NCBI GenBank assembly: GCA_963776245.1
Contig: CAVZLN010000006.1
Coordinates: 160,001 to 224,000 of the forward strand
DNA length: 64,000 nucleotides
Reading direction: 5' to 3'
Source of the DNA: Candidatus Eiseniibacteriota bacterium
GTDB taxonomy: Bacteria > Eisenbacteria > RBG-16-71-46
The notes under the pieces were generated by a model. That model worked only from the letters and a program-made list of their open reading frames with translations, was not told where the DNA came from and searched no databases. Shown here in pieces: positions 1 through 9,698 of the stretch (position 1 is the stretch's first letter; each line of letters begins with the position of its first letter). A program made the position numbers and the translations under genes.

Positions 1-14
1 GCTACTGCGCGCTC

Positions 15-893
15 ATGAATCGGGGAGATGGCTCCCTCCGGGTCGCCGAGAGCGGCTGGACACGCCACGGGCTGTCCGAGGCCGCCATCGCCGACCTCGA
101 CGGCGATCGGCGCGACGACATCCTGTTCAGTGCCGAACACAGTATGGACACCGGCGTGCTCCAGTGGTTGGTGAGCGATGACGACGGCACGTTCTCCGGG
201 GGCAGCCGGGACGACGTGGGCGACTACCTCACGTCGGTGACGGCGGGGCGCTTCGACGAGGACACACGGCCCGATGTCGCCGTGGCTTCGGGGCGCGACG
301 TGGTGGTGGGCGTGATCCTGAATGGCACGCCATGGCTCGATCATCCGACGCCGGTGCTCGCCTCGCTGGTCTCCGCGTCGGTGGAGGCCGGCGTGGCACG
401 CATCGTCTGGAGCATCGACGCCTCGCCGTCCGCCGAGGCGGTGGTGCTGCGCTCCGAAGGCGGCGCGTGGGTGGAACGCGGGCGGTTCCACGCCGAGGGC
501 GACGGCCGCGTGCGCTTCGAAGACGCTCAGGTCTCCCCCGGCGCGCGTTACGGCTACCGCCTCGCGCTTGCGCAGGGGGGCGCGTGGGTCGTCGTCAGCG
601 AGACCTGGCTCGACGTGCCGGCCGAGGCCACGCTGGCGCTCGCCGGCGCCTCACCCAACCCGGTGGTCGGCGATCTCACCGTCGCCTTCTCGCTCGCCGG
701 GAACTCCCCGGCCTCGCTGACGGGCTACGACGTGACCGGCCGCCGCGTGGCCGAGCGGGAGGTGGGCGCGCTCGGCCCGGGCCGGCATCGCGTGCGGCTC
801 GCCGCCACGGGCGAACTTCCTGCCGGGCTCTACTTCATCCGGCTCGCGACACCCGAGCGCACGCTGTTCGCGCGTGCAGTGGTCGTGCGGTGA
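15..893 (+). CDS. FG-GAP/VCBS-repeat secreted protein with C-terminal T9SS/FlgD-like sorting domain (5' part outside window)
   Basis: ADLDGDRRDD and GRFDEDTRPDVAV FG-GAP-like repeats; C-terminus ALAGASPNP...YDVTGRRV...LPAGLYFIRL...VVVR typical of CTD/FlgD-Ig domains; frame is open back to the window edge. Confidence 0.75.
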   Translation: MNRGDGSLRVAESGWTRHGLSEAAIADLDGDRRDDILFSAEHSMDTGVLQWLVSDDDGTFSGGSRDDVGDYLTSVTAGRFDEDTRPDVAVASGRDVVVGVILNGTPWLDHPTPVLASLVSASVEAGVARIVWSIDASPSAEAVVLRSEGGAWVERGRFHAEGDGRVRFEDAQVSPGARYGYRLALAQGGAWVVVSETWLDVPAEATLALAGASPNPVVGDLTVAFSLAGNSPASLTGYDVTGRRVAEREVGALGPGRHRVRLAATGELPAGLYFIRLATPERTLFARAVVVR

Positions 894-992
894 CCCGGAC
901 CCGGCTCGCTCTCCGGAAGCCCGCTCATGTCAGCGTGACTCGTCGTCGAAGTGCCCTGAACTGGCTGCCGCTCTGCGCTTTCTTCGGCCAAC

Positions 993-1029
993 ACCACGAC
1001 CACCCCCCGCGAATGAGGGTGGTCGTGGT
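993..1029. terminator. Hairpin between convergent genes (possible bidirectional terminator)
   Basis: Perfect 13-bp inverted repeat ACCACGACCACCC / GGGTGGTCGTGGT with 11-nt loop, between the stops at 893 (+) and 1050 (-). Confidence 0.55.
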
Positions 1030-1049
1030 TGACGGCCGGTCACTCCAGT

Positions 1050-2048
1050 TCACCGATAGAGGCTCTTGAGGCGTCCCCAGCTCGTGGAGATCGCGGGCGT
1101 CGGTATGGGGCCGAACTTCTGCACGTTGTTGTTGCCGCTGTCCGTCACGTAGATGAAGCCGTCCTGGTCGACGGCAATGTCTACGGGACCGTTGAACTGC
1201 CCATTGCCCGCGCCTTGGCTCCCGAACTGCGAGATGAAGTTGCCATTGTTGTCGAAGATCTGAACACGGTAATTCTGCCAATCCGTCACGTACACGTGTC
1301 CGGCCGGGTCGACGCATATGCCCATGGCCCCCTTGAACAGCCCGGGCACTGATCCAAGTCCGCCCCACGCGGTGATGAAGACTCCTGCGTTTGAGAACTT
1401 CTGGACCCGATGGTTGGAGAAGTCCGCCACGAAGACGTTCCCATCGGGATCAACCGCGATATCGTTGGGTGAGCGGAATTGGCCGTTTGCGGAGCCCAGT
1501 GATCCCCACTGCCCGAGGTACACCCCGGCGGCCGTGAACTCCTCGACCCGGGCGTTCCCCGGGGCGGCTGAGTAGGTATCGGTCACGAATACGTGGCCCG
1601 CGCCATCCGCAGCGACGCCGCCTGGATACCGGAACTGCCCGTCCCCGCTACCCCACGACGTGCCCCAGGTCGTCAGGTATGCGCCACTGGATGTGAAGGT
1701 CTGAATGCGGTGGTCATTGGAGTTGGCGACAAACACGGTGCCGGCATCGTCGATCGCGATTCCGTAGGGGTTCACGAACTGACCGGGGCCTGTTCCCGCG
1801 GTGCCCCACGAGCCAACGAACGCGCCACTCGGGTTGAACATCTGCACGCGATTGTTACGTCGGTCCGTGACATAGAGATCGCCATTCAGACCGATGGCGA
1901 TATCTCCTGGCAGGTCGAATTGACCGTTGCCGGTGCCGGGCGTACCCCACTGGAGGACGTAGGTCTGTGCCCCGCCGGTTGCGGGCAGAAGGGATGCGAA
2001 GGCGAACAAGATGAGCGGGATTCCGAGTCGCCGAAGCCATGAGATCAT
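1050..2048 (-). CDS. Secreted NHL-repeat beta-propeller protein with C-terminal SWGRLKSLYR tail
   Basis: Signal peptide MISWLRRLGIPLILFAFASLLPATGGA; six repeats like WGxxGxGxGQFxxPxGIAVDxxGxVFVxDxxNxRVQxF; ends TPAISTSWGRLKSLYR. Confidence 0.85.
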   Translation of the reverse strand: MISWLRRLGIPLILFAFASLLPATGGAQTYVLQWGTPGTGNGQFDLPGDIAIGLNGDLYVTDRRNNRVQMFNPSGAFVGSWGTAGTGPGQFVNPYGIAIDDAGTVFVANSNDHRIQTFTSSGAYLTTWGTSWGSGDGQFRYPGGVAADGAGHVFVTDTYSAAPGNARVEEFTAAGVYLGQWGSLGSANGQFRSPNDIAVDPDGNVFVADFSNHRVQKFSNAGVFITAWGGLGSVPGLFKGAMGICVDPAGHVYVTDWQNYRVQIFDNNGNFISQFGSQGAGNGQFNGPVDIAVDQDGFIYVTDSGNNNVQKFGPIPTPAISTSWGRLKSLYR

Positions 2049-2213
2049 CTGGCCAACCCCTGTCTTGAGAGAAACCCCCAGCTGCACGGACCGATCGAGC
2101 GCGCGGCACGACTCACTCCGCGAGATTCGGAACGCGAACGAGGCGCCATCGCCGGCTCGCGTGCATCGTGCACGGGATCCGTCCCCCTGTCTGTGACGCC
2201 GGCCGTCGAAATG

Positions 2214-2229
2214 CGTGACTTCCGTCACA
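2214..2229. promoter_or_regulatory. CRP/FNR-family-like palindromic box upstream of the NHL gene
   Basis: CGTGA-CTTCCG-TCACA, one mismatch to TGTGA-N6-TCACA, about 170 bp upstream of the NHL start. Confidence 0.3.
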
Positions 2230-2272
2230 CGTCCGCGCCGGGTGCGATCCGAGGACCCCGCTCCCCGCACCA

Positions 2273-2313
2273 AGCGAGAAGGCCACGCGGCGCTGCCGCG
2301 TGGCCTTCTCGCT
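2273..2313 (-). terminator. Stem-loop immediately downstream of tRNA-Leu
   Basis: 19-bp perfect inverted repeat AGCGAGAAGGCCACGCGGC-gct-GCCGCGTGGCCTTCTCGCT. Confidence 0.65.
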
Positions 2314-2319
2314 ACTTCG

Positions 2320-2404
<85 letters not shown>

Positions 2405-2444
2405 ATCCGTGTCATGGCGGCGCCGCGCGCCGGCTCGCGTTGGT

Positions 2445-2825
2445 CTAGCGGGTGCCTCCACCCGCAGCGGGCGTCGCGGGGGCCGGCGTCGCGGGCGCGG
2501 AGCCCGTGGGCGCGGGCGCAGGGGCCGGACGCGCCGGCGCCGACTGCGTGGCCTTGCGGGCCTCCTCCTGGAGCAGGCTGCGCGTGGGGCGGCCCGCGTT
2601 CGTCTTCATCAGGGCCAGCGAGATCGAGGTCAGGAAGAAGATGGCCGCGAGCACCATGGTGGCGCGGGTCATGAAGTCGGTGGCGCCGCGGCCGCCGAAC
2701 ACGGTCTGCGCGGTCCCGCCGAAGGTCCCACCCGCGAGCCCACCGCCCTTGCCGGACTGGACGAGCACCACGGCGATGAGGCCGAGGCAGACGATGAGAT
2801 GGATGACGAGGAGAGCGTAGAACAT
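2445..2825 (-). CDS. secG: Preprotein translocase subunit SecG
   Basis: LIAVVLVQSGKGGGLAGGTFGG...FMTRATMVLAAIF; located between tpiA and tRNA-Leu. Confidence 0.93.
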   Translation of the reverse strand: MFYALLVIHLIVCLGLIAVVLVQSGKGGGLAGGTFGGTAQTVFGGRGATDFMTRATMVLAAIFFLTSISLALMKTNAGRPTRSLLQEEARKATQSAPARPAPAPAPTGSAPATPAPATPAAGGGTR

Positions 2826-2930
2826 GCGGACCCCTGACCGTGGAGGCGTGACGTATGACTCGAAACGGCGGTGGAGACTACCAGCGGGCGCGGGCCGGCG
2901 TCAACCGCTGGTCCCGCGGGTCGAGAGGGC

Positions 2931-3710
2931 TCACGCGGTCGCGGCCGCCGTGACGATGCGCCAGAACGAGGCCGCCTCCAGCGCGGCTCCCCCGACCAGC
3001 GCGCCGTCGATCTCGGGCTCGGCGAACAGCGTGGCGGCGTTGGCGGCGTTGACGCTGCCTCCATAGAGGATCGCGATCCCCTCTCCCGCGCCCGCCCCCA
3101 CCACTTTCTCGAGCGTCTCGCGCACGATGGCGTGGGCCTCGCGCGCCTGTTCGGTCGTCGCCACCTTGCCCGTGCCGATGGCCCATACCGGCTCGTAGGC
3201 CACCACGGTCGCCGCCGCCGTGGCGGGCGCCAGGCCGGCGTAGGCGGCGCGCACCTGGCGCACCAGCACCTCGGCGGTCTGCCCCGCCTCGCGTTCGGCG
3301 AGCAGCTCGCCCACGCACACGATGGGAGTCAGACCGTCCCGCTGCGCGGCGCGGAGCTTCTGCGCCACGGTGGCGTCGTCCTCGCCCATGACGTGCCGCC
3401 GCTCGGAATGCCCGACGATCACGAACCGGCACCCGCACGCCGCGAGCATCGCCCCCGACACCTCACCCGTGAACGCCCCGTGCGTCGCCGCATGGAGGTT
3501 CTGCGCGCCCAGGTGCACGGCGCTGCCGCGCAGCGCCTCGCTCACCGCCGCGAGCGCCGGGAACGGCGGGCACACGGCGACCTCGCAGGCCGCGCCCGCG
3601 CCCGCCAGGGCCACGAACTCGCGGGCGAGCGCCGCGCCCTCGCCGGGCGTCTTGTGCATCTTCCAGTTCCCCGCGACCAGGCGGGGGCGGCGGGGCCAGG
3701 ACGGCGGCAT
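2931..3710 (-). CDS. tpiA: Triosephosphate isomerase
   Basis: AGNWKM, GAFTGEVS, IVGHSERR, AYEPVWAIGTG, LYGGSV, LVGGA motifs. Confidence 0.97.
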   Translation of the reverse strand: MPPSWPRRPRLVAGNWKMHKTPGEGAALAREFVALAGAGAACEVAVCPPFPALAAVSEALRGSAVHLGAQNLHAATHGAFTGEVSGAMLAACGCRFVIVGHSERRHVMGEDDATVAQKLRAAQRDGLTPIVCVGELLAEREAGQTAEVLVRQVRAAYAGLAPATAAATVVAYEPVWAIGTGKVATTEQAREAHAIVRETLEKVVGAGAGEGIAILYGGSVNAANAATLFAEPEIDGALVGGAALEAASFWRIVTAAATA

Positions 3711-4924
3711 CAACCCTCCCGCTCGTCGAGCGCGGCGACACCGGGCAACACCTTGCCCTCGAGGAACTCGAGCGACGCGCCCCCACCGGTCGACAGGTGG
3801 CTGAACTTCTCGGCCAGGCCCGCCTGCTGCACTGCGGCCACCGAGTCCCCGCCCCCGACCACCGTGACCGCGCCGCGGCCGGTGGCCTCGGCGCACATCG
3901 ACGCCACCGCCCGGGTGCCGGCGGCGAATGGAGCGACCTCGAAGATGCCCATCGGACCGTTCCACACCACCGTCTTCGCGTCGCGCAGCTTCGCCGCGAG
4001 GAGCGCGATGGTCGCGGGACCGATGTCCACGCCGATGTCGTCCGCGCCGAGCGCGTCGATGGCGCACGGGCGGCCGGGCGCGGAGCCGTCGGTCGCGGCG
4101 GAGGCGACGCAGTCCACCGGCAGCACCAGCTCGATCCCGCGCTTCGCGGCATCGGCCAGCACCGTCTTCGCCATCTCGACGCGGTCGTCCTCGACCAGCG
4201 ACTTCCCGACCGGGCGGCCCTGCGCCTTGTAGAACGTGAACATCATCGCACCGCCCACGACGAGGCGGTCCACCCGGCCGAGCAGCGACGTGATCACGTC
4301 GATCTTGCCCGAGATCTTGGCGCCGCCGAGGATCGCCACGAACGGCCGCACCGGATGGTCGAGCGCCTTGCCCAGGTAATCCAGCTCCTGCTGCATCAGG
4401 AAGCCGGCCACCGCGGGCTTGAGCAGATGCGCCACGCCCTCCGTCGAGGCGTGCGCGCGGTGCGCGGTGCCGAACGCGTCGTTCACGTAGAGGTCGCCGA
4501 GCGCCGCCAGCGACCGGGCGAACGCCGCGTCGTTCTTCTCCTCCTCCGGGTGGAAGCGGAGATTCTCAAGCAGCAGCACCTCGCCGTCCTTAAGCGCCCG
4601 CGAGGCCGCCTCGGCCGCGGGGCCGACGCAGTCGTCCGCGAACGCGACGGGCTGGCGCAGCAGGCGCTCGAGGCGCGCCTGCACCGGCTTCATCGAGTAC
4701 TTCGCCTCGGGGCCGCCCTTGGGGCGCCCGAGGTGCGACCCGAGCACCAGCCGCGCCCCCTTCTGGAGCAGGAAACGGATGGTGGGCAGGGCGGCGACGA
4801 TGCGCGTGTCGTCGGTGACCGCACCGTCCTTCGTCGGGACGTTGAAGTCGACGCGCATGAACACCCGCTTTCCCCGCGGGTCCACGTCCTTCACGCTTCG
4901 CTTGCTGGCGTAGTACGGGGGCAT
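3710..4924 (-). CDS. pgk: Phosphoglycerate kinase
   Basis: [60 protein letters not shown]. Confidence 0.97.
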   Translation of the reverse strand: MPPYYASKRSVKDVDPRGKRVFMRVDFNVPTKDGAVTDDTRIVAALPTIRFLLQKGARLVLGSHLGRPKGGPEAKYSMKPVQARLERLLRQPVAFADDCVGPAAEAASRALKDGEVLLLENLRFHPEEEKNDAAFARSLAALGDLYVNDAFGTAHRAHASTEGVAHLLKPAVAGFLMQQELDYLGKALDHPVRPFVAILGGAKISGKIDVITSLLGRVDRLVVGGAMMFTFYKAQGRPVGKSLVEDDRVEMAKTVLADAAKRGIELVLPVDCVASAATDGSAPGRPCAIDALGADDIGVDIGPATIALLAAKLRDAKTVVWNGPMGIFEVAPFAAGTRAVASMCAEATGRGAVTVVGGGDSVAAVQQAGLAEKFSHLSTGGGASLEFLEGKVLPGVAALDEREG

Positions 4925-4935
4925 CGTCGCCTCCC

Positions 4936-5934
4936 TCACGCCATCAACAGCAGCGCGTCCACCACGCGGTTCGAGAACGCCCATTCGTTGTCGTACCACG
5001 ACAGGATCTTGACCAGGGACCCGTCCATGACCACCGTGGAGAGGGCGTCGAACACGCTGCTGTGCGGGTTGCCGATGACGTCCGTCGACACGATCGCGTC
5101 GGTGCAGTACTCGAGGTAGCCCTTCATCGGGCCGTCGGCCGCGGCCTTCATCGCCGCGTTCACCGCGTCCTTGTCGGCGGGCCGCTTCACCTGCACCACC
5201 AGGTCCACCACCGAGCCATTCATCACCGGCACGCGGATCGCGAAGCCGTCGAGCTTGCCCTTGAGCTCCGGCATCACGATGCCGATCGCCTTGGCCGCCC
5301 CGGTCGACGTGGGAATCATGTTCTGCGCCGCGGCCCGCGCCCGGCGCAGGTCCTTGTGCGGCAGGTCGAGGATCTTCTGGTCGTTGGTGTAGGCGTGGAT
5401 GGTGGTCATGAGACCGCGCTCGATGCCGAACGCGTCGTTCAGCACCTTGGCGACCGGCGCGAGGCAGTTCGTGGTGCAGGAGCCGATGCTCACGACCTGG
5501 TGCTTCGCGGGGTCGAACAGCCGGTGATTGACGCCCATCACGAAGGTGAGGTCCGCGTCCTTGGCCGGAGCGGAGACCAGCACGTGGCGCGCGCCCGCCG
5601 CGAGGTGCTGCGCGGCGCCCGCGCGGTCGGTGAACTTGCCGGTGGCCTCGATCACCGCGTCGACGCCGAGCTCCTTCCACGGCAGCCGGGCTGGCTCCTT
5701 CTCGGACAGCACCCGGATCTTCTTCCCGGCCACCACCAGGTGGCCGTCCTCGGCCTTCCCCGCCTTGTCCCAGATGCGATGCACGGTGTCGTACTTGAGC
5801 AGATGCGCGAGCGTGGGCGCGTCGGTGATGTCGTTCACGGCGACGAACTCGATGGGCGTGCCGCGATCCACCGCCGCGCGCATGACCAGGCGCCCGATGC
5901 GGCCGAAGCCGCTGATGCCGACTCGAAGTGCCAT
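4936..5934 (-). CDS. gap: Glyceraldehyde-3-phosphate dehydrogenase (type I)
   Basis: [31 protein letters not shown]. Confidence 0.97.
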   Translation of the reverse strand: MALRVGISGFGRIGRLVMRAAVDRGTPIEFVAVNDITDAPTLAHLLKYDTVHRIWDKAGKAEDGHLVVAGKKIRVLSEKEPARLPWKELGVDAVIEATGKFTDRAGAAQHLAAGARHVLVSAPAKDADLTFVMGVNHRLFDPAKHQVVSIGSCTTNCLAPVAKVLNDAFGIERGLMTTIHAYTNDQKILDLPHKDLRRARAAAQNMIPTSTGAAKAIGIVMPELKGKLDGFAIRVPVMNGSVVDLVVQVKRPADKDAVNAAMKAAADGPMKGYLEYCTDAIVSTDVIGNPHSSVFDALSTVVMDGSLVKILSWYDNEWAFSNRVVDALLLMA

Positions 5935-6002
5935 GATGGGGACTCCTCCCTGCTATGTGATGCCGGCCGGCCAGCCGGCCTGTTGTGGACGTGCGGGCGC
6001 GC

Positions 6003-7043
6003 TCAGCCGAAGAAGACGCGCGCCACCTGAGCCAATTCCTTGTCGACGAGCCGCGGTCCCTGTCGCACGATCGACAGTTCGACCGACGTGACGTTGCCAC
6101 CCTGGAAGCTCACCATGCGACCGAACTGTCCGGTCGCGGCGAGGTCGACCGCCCGGACTCCCATCCGCGAGCCCAGCAGGCGGTCGAACGGGCTCGGGGT
6201 GCCTCCGCGCTGGACGTAGCCGAGCTTCACCGTGCGCGTCTCGATCTTCATGCGCGCCTCGATGACCTCCGCGAGCACGTCGCCGATGCCGCCGAAGCGG
6301 CGCCGGCCGAACTCGTCCAGGCGTTCGGGGCCCGATTCGAGGACGGTGCCGTCGGGATCGGGCTTGAACACCGCGCCCTCGGCCACCACCACGATGCTGA
6401 ACTTCCGGCCGCGCCCGATGCGGTGCCGGATGAAGTTGCACACCTCCGCGACGCTGAGCGGCTCCTCGGGGATGATCACCACGTCGGCTCCACCGGCGAT
6501 GCCCGCGCACACCGCGAGCCAGCCGGCGGTGCGGCCCATGACCTCGAGCACGATGATGCGCTCGTGCGCCTCGGCGGTGCTGTGGAGCGCGTCCACGGCA
6601 CTGACGATGTGGCCGAGCGCGGTGTCGAACCCGAAGGAGAAGTCGGTGCCCGGGACGTCGTTGTCGATGGTCTTGGGGATGCCGACGATCGGCATGCCGC
6701 CCTCGGCGACCCGCAGCGCGGCCGCCAGCGTGCCATCCCCGCCGCACACCAGCAGGCCGTCCAGCTCGTGGAACGCGAACGCCTCGCGCACGGCTTCGAG
6801 GCCGTAGGGCTCGCGCAGCGGATCGATGCGCGAGGTGCCGAGGATCGTCCCGCCGCGGTGGAGGATGCCCCCGATCGCCGCCAGGCTCAGTTCGCGGGAG
6901 CGGTTCTCGAGCAGGCCCTTCCAGCCGTTCTCGAAGCCCAGCAGGAAGGTGTCGTAGGTGCGCACCGCGCGGAGGGCGGCGCCGCGGATCACGGCGTTCA
7001 GGCCGGGGCAGTCGCCTCCGCCGGTGAGGATGCCGAGTCGCAT
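6003..7043 (-). CDS. pfkA: 6-phosphofructokinase
   Basis: [50 protein letters not shown]. Confidence 0.93.
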   Translation of the reverse strand: MRLGILTGGGDCPGLNAVIRGAALRAVRTYDTFLLGFENGWKGLLENRSRELSLAAIGGILHRGGTILGTSRIDPLREPYGLEAVREAFAFHELDGLLVCGGDGTLAAALRVAEGGMPIVGIPKTIDNDVPGTDFSFGFDTALGHIVSAVDALHSTAEAHERIIVLEVMGRTAGWLAVCAGIAGGADVVIIPEEPLSVAEVCNFIRHRIGRGRKFSIVVVAEGAVFKPDPDGTVLESGPERLDEFGRRRFGGIGDVLAEVIEARMKIETRTVKLGYVQRGGTPSPFDRLLGSRMGVRAVDLAATGQFGRMVSFQGGNVTSVELSIVRQGPRLVDKELAQVARVFFG

Positions 7044-7174
7044 GCGGGTCGGTGCTCCCGACGTGGAAGGGTCGCCAGACGAGCGGCGCGCCGAAGGGTG
7101 ACGTGGACGGACCCGTTCGCACTTTGACGCAAGGGGCGCGGGGGGGTCAAGCGGCCCGCGGGCCGCGCGCGGCG

Positions 7175-8695
7175 CTACTCGGTGGAGTAGCGCAGCGTGA
7201 AGTGTCCGAGCCCCTGCTCGTCCACGAACACGAACAGCAACCGCCTCCGCCGCTGGGCGACGCGCACGCTCGGGTCCGCGTCGATGGGCGCCGGGACCGG
7301 CGCCTCGTACACCCACACCTCGAATGGCCGCTGGTCCCCGCCGATGCCCTTCTGGTGCACGTCCCCGGTCGGCCGGTCGTCGGCGAGCTCGAGGTCCTGC
7401 ATCACCCGCCGCGCCGTCTCGTCCCCGGCCGGGATCACCTGATGGGTCACCTCGGTGGGCTCGCCGTAGCGGATGAACACGCGGCCCATGTCGCTGAACA
7501 TGCCACGCATGAGACCCTGGCGCCCGTAGAGCTGGTCGGCCACCGCGACCCGCTGGCGGAAGGTCTCGCGCGCCTCGTTGAGCGCCGTCTCGGGGGTCGG
7601 ATCGCGGCGCTTCCAGAACTCGTCGAGCTCGCGCTCCTGCTCGCCGGGGTGGAGCCGGGCGAATCGCTCCTCGCCGTCCGCGTCGAACAGCAGGTGCACG
7701 TCGTCCTCGAAATCGAGCGGGTTCCGGTGCCACGAGAGCGGCTGCCACGCGACGCTGAAGTGCGCGCGCCGAGTCAGCGCGCCCGCGTCCCCCTCCTGCC
7801 AGACCTTCACTTCGAGGTCGTAACCGCCGGCCGGCAGCGTGGAGATGTCGAGGGTGCATCCGCCGGCCAGCCACTCGCTGGCGGTGCCGGTGCTCTCCTG
7901 CGCGACGACCGGCTCGCCCGCCGCATCGAGCACCCGCGCCACCCAGCGCCACGGCCGCCCATCCACCGCGGGCCCCCGTGCGATGAAGAAGGCATGCAGG
8001 TCGCTGGCATAGAGCCCGTAGAGGCGCTCCGGATTCGGCAGCAGCGTGTGGCCGCCGCGCTGGAACAGCCCGGTCCCGTTACTCGAGTCCCGTTCGGACC
8101 AGACGAACTCCAGGTCCGAGATGGAGCGGCCGGCCTGGGGCTTGGGCACCGTGAAGTCCCCCTCCAGGTCGGCCGACTCGGGCGCGGGGCGGCCCAGGTA
8201 CGCGATCCCCGTCTTGTGCGTCTGCACGTCCTCGATCTTCACCTTGAGGCGATGACGGCCGGGCACCGTCGGATAGCGCATCACCACCACCTTGCCGAAG
8301 CCGCTGGTCGCGTCCTCACGCGTGAAGCTCAACTCCTGGCGGCTCTCGGGGACCCGGCCGCCGGTGGGCAGGCGCAGCCGCACGGTCATGGTCAGGCGCC
8401 CGCGGCCGAGGCTGTCCAGCTCCATCGCCTCGAGCGTCGAGGGTGGGATCCGGACGTAGACATCGAGCACCGTCCCGCTCGAGTCGGGGAAGGACGCGGC
8501 GTCGACGGTGAAGCCGACCCGCCCCCCCACGCGCCATGGCAGCTCGGGCGGCGGCATGCCGGGGTCCCGGCGCGCGGCGTGCGCGGGGGTCGCGAGCGCC
8601 GCGAGGACCATCGAGACGAGCACGGCCCCGAAGCACGCACGCGCCCCCGGAAGGGGGCGCGCGGCGCGAAGCGGGCTGGAGCGGGGACGACTCAT
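7175..8695 (-). CDS. GWxTD-domain protein
   Basis: FWKRRDPTPETALNEARETF...RGMFSDMGRVFIRYGEP (GWxTD-like core), FEVWVY...FVFVD; N-terminal hydrophobic signal. Confidence 0.8.
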   Translation of the reverse strand: MSRPRSSPLRAARPLPGARACFGAVLVSMVLAALATPAHAARRDPGMPPPELPWRVGGRVGFTVDAASFPDSSGTVLDVYVRIPPSTLEAMELDSLGRGRLTMTVRLRLPTGGRVPESRQELSFTREDATSGFGKVVVMRYPTVPGRHRLKVKIEDVQTHKTGIAYLGRPAPESADLEGDFTVPKPQAGRSISDLEFVWSERDSSNGTGLFQRGGHTLLPNPERLYGLYASDLHAFFIARGPAVDGRPWRWVARVLDAAGEPVVAQESTGTASEWLAGGCTLDISTLPAGGYDLEVKVWQEGDAGALTRRAHFSVAWQPLSWHRNPLDFEDDVHLLFDADGEERFARLHPGEQERELDEFWKRRDPTPETALNEARETFRQRVAVADQLYGRQGLMRGMFSDMGRVFIRYGEPTEVTHQVIPAGDETARRVMQDLELADDRPTGDVHQKGIGGDQRPFEVWVYEAPVPAPIDADPSVRVAQRRRRLLFVFVDEQGLGHFTLRYSTE

Positions 8696-8715
8696 CCGGT
8701 CCCGGATGTCCCGGC

Positions 8716-9669
8716 CTAGAACTGGAACATGAGGGAGAGCCGGTGGACCGCGCCGAGGTCCTTCATGTCGGTGAACGCGTAGTCCATGTTCGCCCGGCCG
8801 GCCACCGAGACCGGGAAGTGGAATCCGACGCCGCCCGCCAGACCTTCGGCATCGTAGTTCAGGTTGTAGCCGCCACGGAGGTAGAGGTACTTGCGGAACG
8901 CGTACTCGGCCCCGACGTTGATCCGTTCCGCGTTGTCCGGCGGATGCGAGAACTCGAACGAACCGGTGAGCTTCTGATCCGCGGTCTGCATCAGGGTCGC
9001 CGAGGTGCCCACGCGGAAGATCGACGGGACGCGGCCGTCGCGCTCGATGAACTTGATCTGCGAGCCGATGTTGCTGATCGACATGCCGATCCTCATCCCC
9101 AGCGCGCCGACGTCGTAGAGCGTGCCGACGTCCACCGCGAAGGACTGCTGCGAGAACTCCGCGAGACCCTCGTGGATGAAGCTGCCCGTGAATCCGGCGC
9201 TGAACTTGTCGGTGAACGACCGGGCGTAGGTCACTCCGGCGGCCAGCATCCCGGCATCGAACGTGCGGCCGGTGCCGATGGCGGGGTCCGGCTGGAACGC
9301 CGTGGTCTCGACCATCGGGTCCATCGTCAACGCGCGGGCATGGACCGCGAAGGCGCCCGGGATCCGCTTGACGTGGAACACGTAGCCGATCTGGTCGAAC
9401 GACAGCTCCGCCGGCCAGTTCGCGTGATTGAGCGACAGCTCCGACTTGTCGGGGTCGATGCGCGCGATGCCAGCGGCGTTCCAGAACACCGCCGAGGCGT
9501 CGTCCGCCACGCCCACGAACGCGCCGCCCATGGCGGCGGCCCGGGCGCCCACGGCGATCTTGAGGAACTGACCGTCGAAGGTGCCCACCTTCTCGAATAT
9601 GGCGCCGGCACCGGCCACCCCCGGGGCGAGCGCCCCGGCCAGGCAGAGAGCCGCGATGGTCTTTCTCAC
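8716..9669 (-). CDS. PorV/UPF0164-family outer-membrane beta-barrel
   Basis: FLKIAVGARAAAMGGAFVGVADDASAVFWNAAG signature; signal peptide; ends in F; GGAGGAG RBS before GTG. Confidence 0.85.
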   Translation of the reverse strand: MRKTIAALCLAGALAPGVAGAGAIFEKVGTFDGQFLKIAVGARAAAMGGAFVGVADDASAVFWNAAGIARIDPDKSELSLNHANWPAELSFDQIGYVFHVKRIPGAFAVHARALTMDPMVETTAFQPDPAIGTGRTFDAGMLAAGVTYARSFTDKFSAGFTGSFIHEGLAEFSQQSFAVDVGTLYDVGALGMRIGMSISNIGSQIKFIERDGRVPSIFRVGTSATLMQTADQKLTGSFEFSHPPDNAERINVGAEYAFRKYLYLRGGYNLNYDAEGLAGGVGFHFPVSVAGRANMDYAFTDMKDLGAVHRLSLMFQF

Positions 9670-9698
9670 TTTGTGTCTCCTCCTTCGCGCACCGCGAC

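Noticed and set aside
4925..6100. Apparent 796-aa pgk fusion ORF
   Set aside because: The upstream part is an alternate frame of gap; the true pgk start is at 4924
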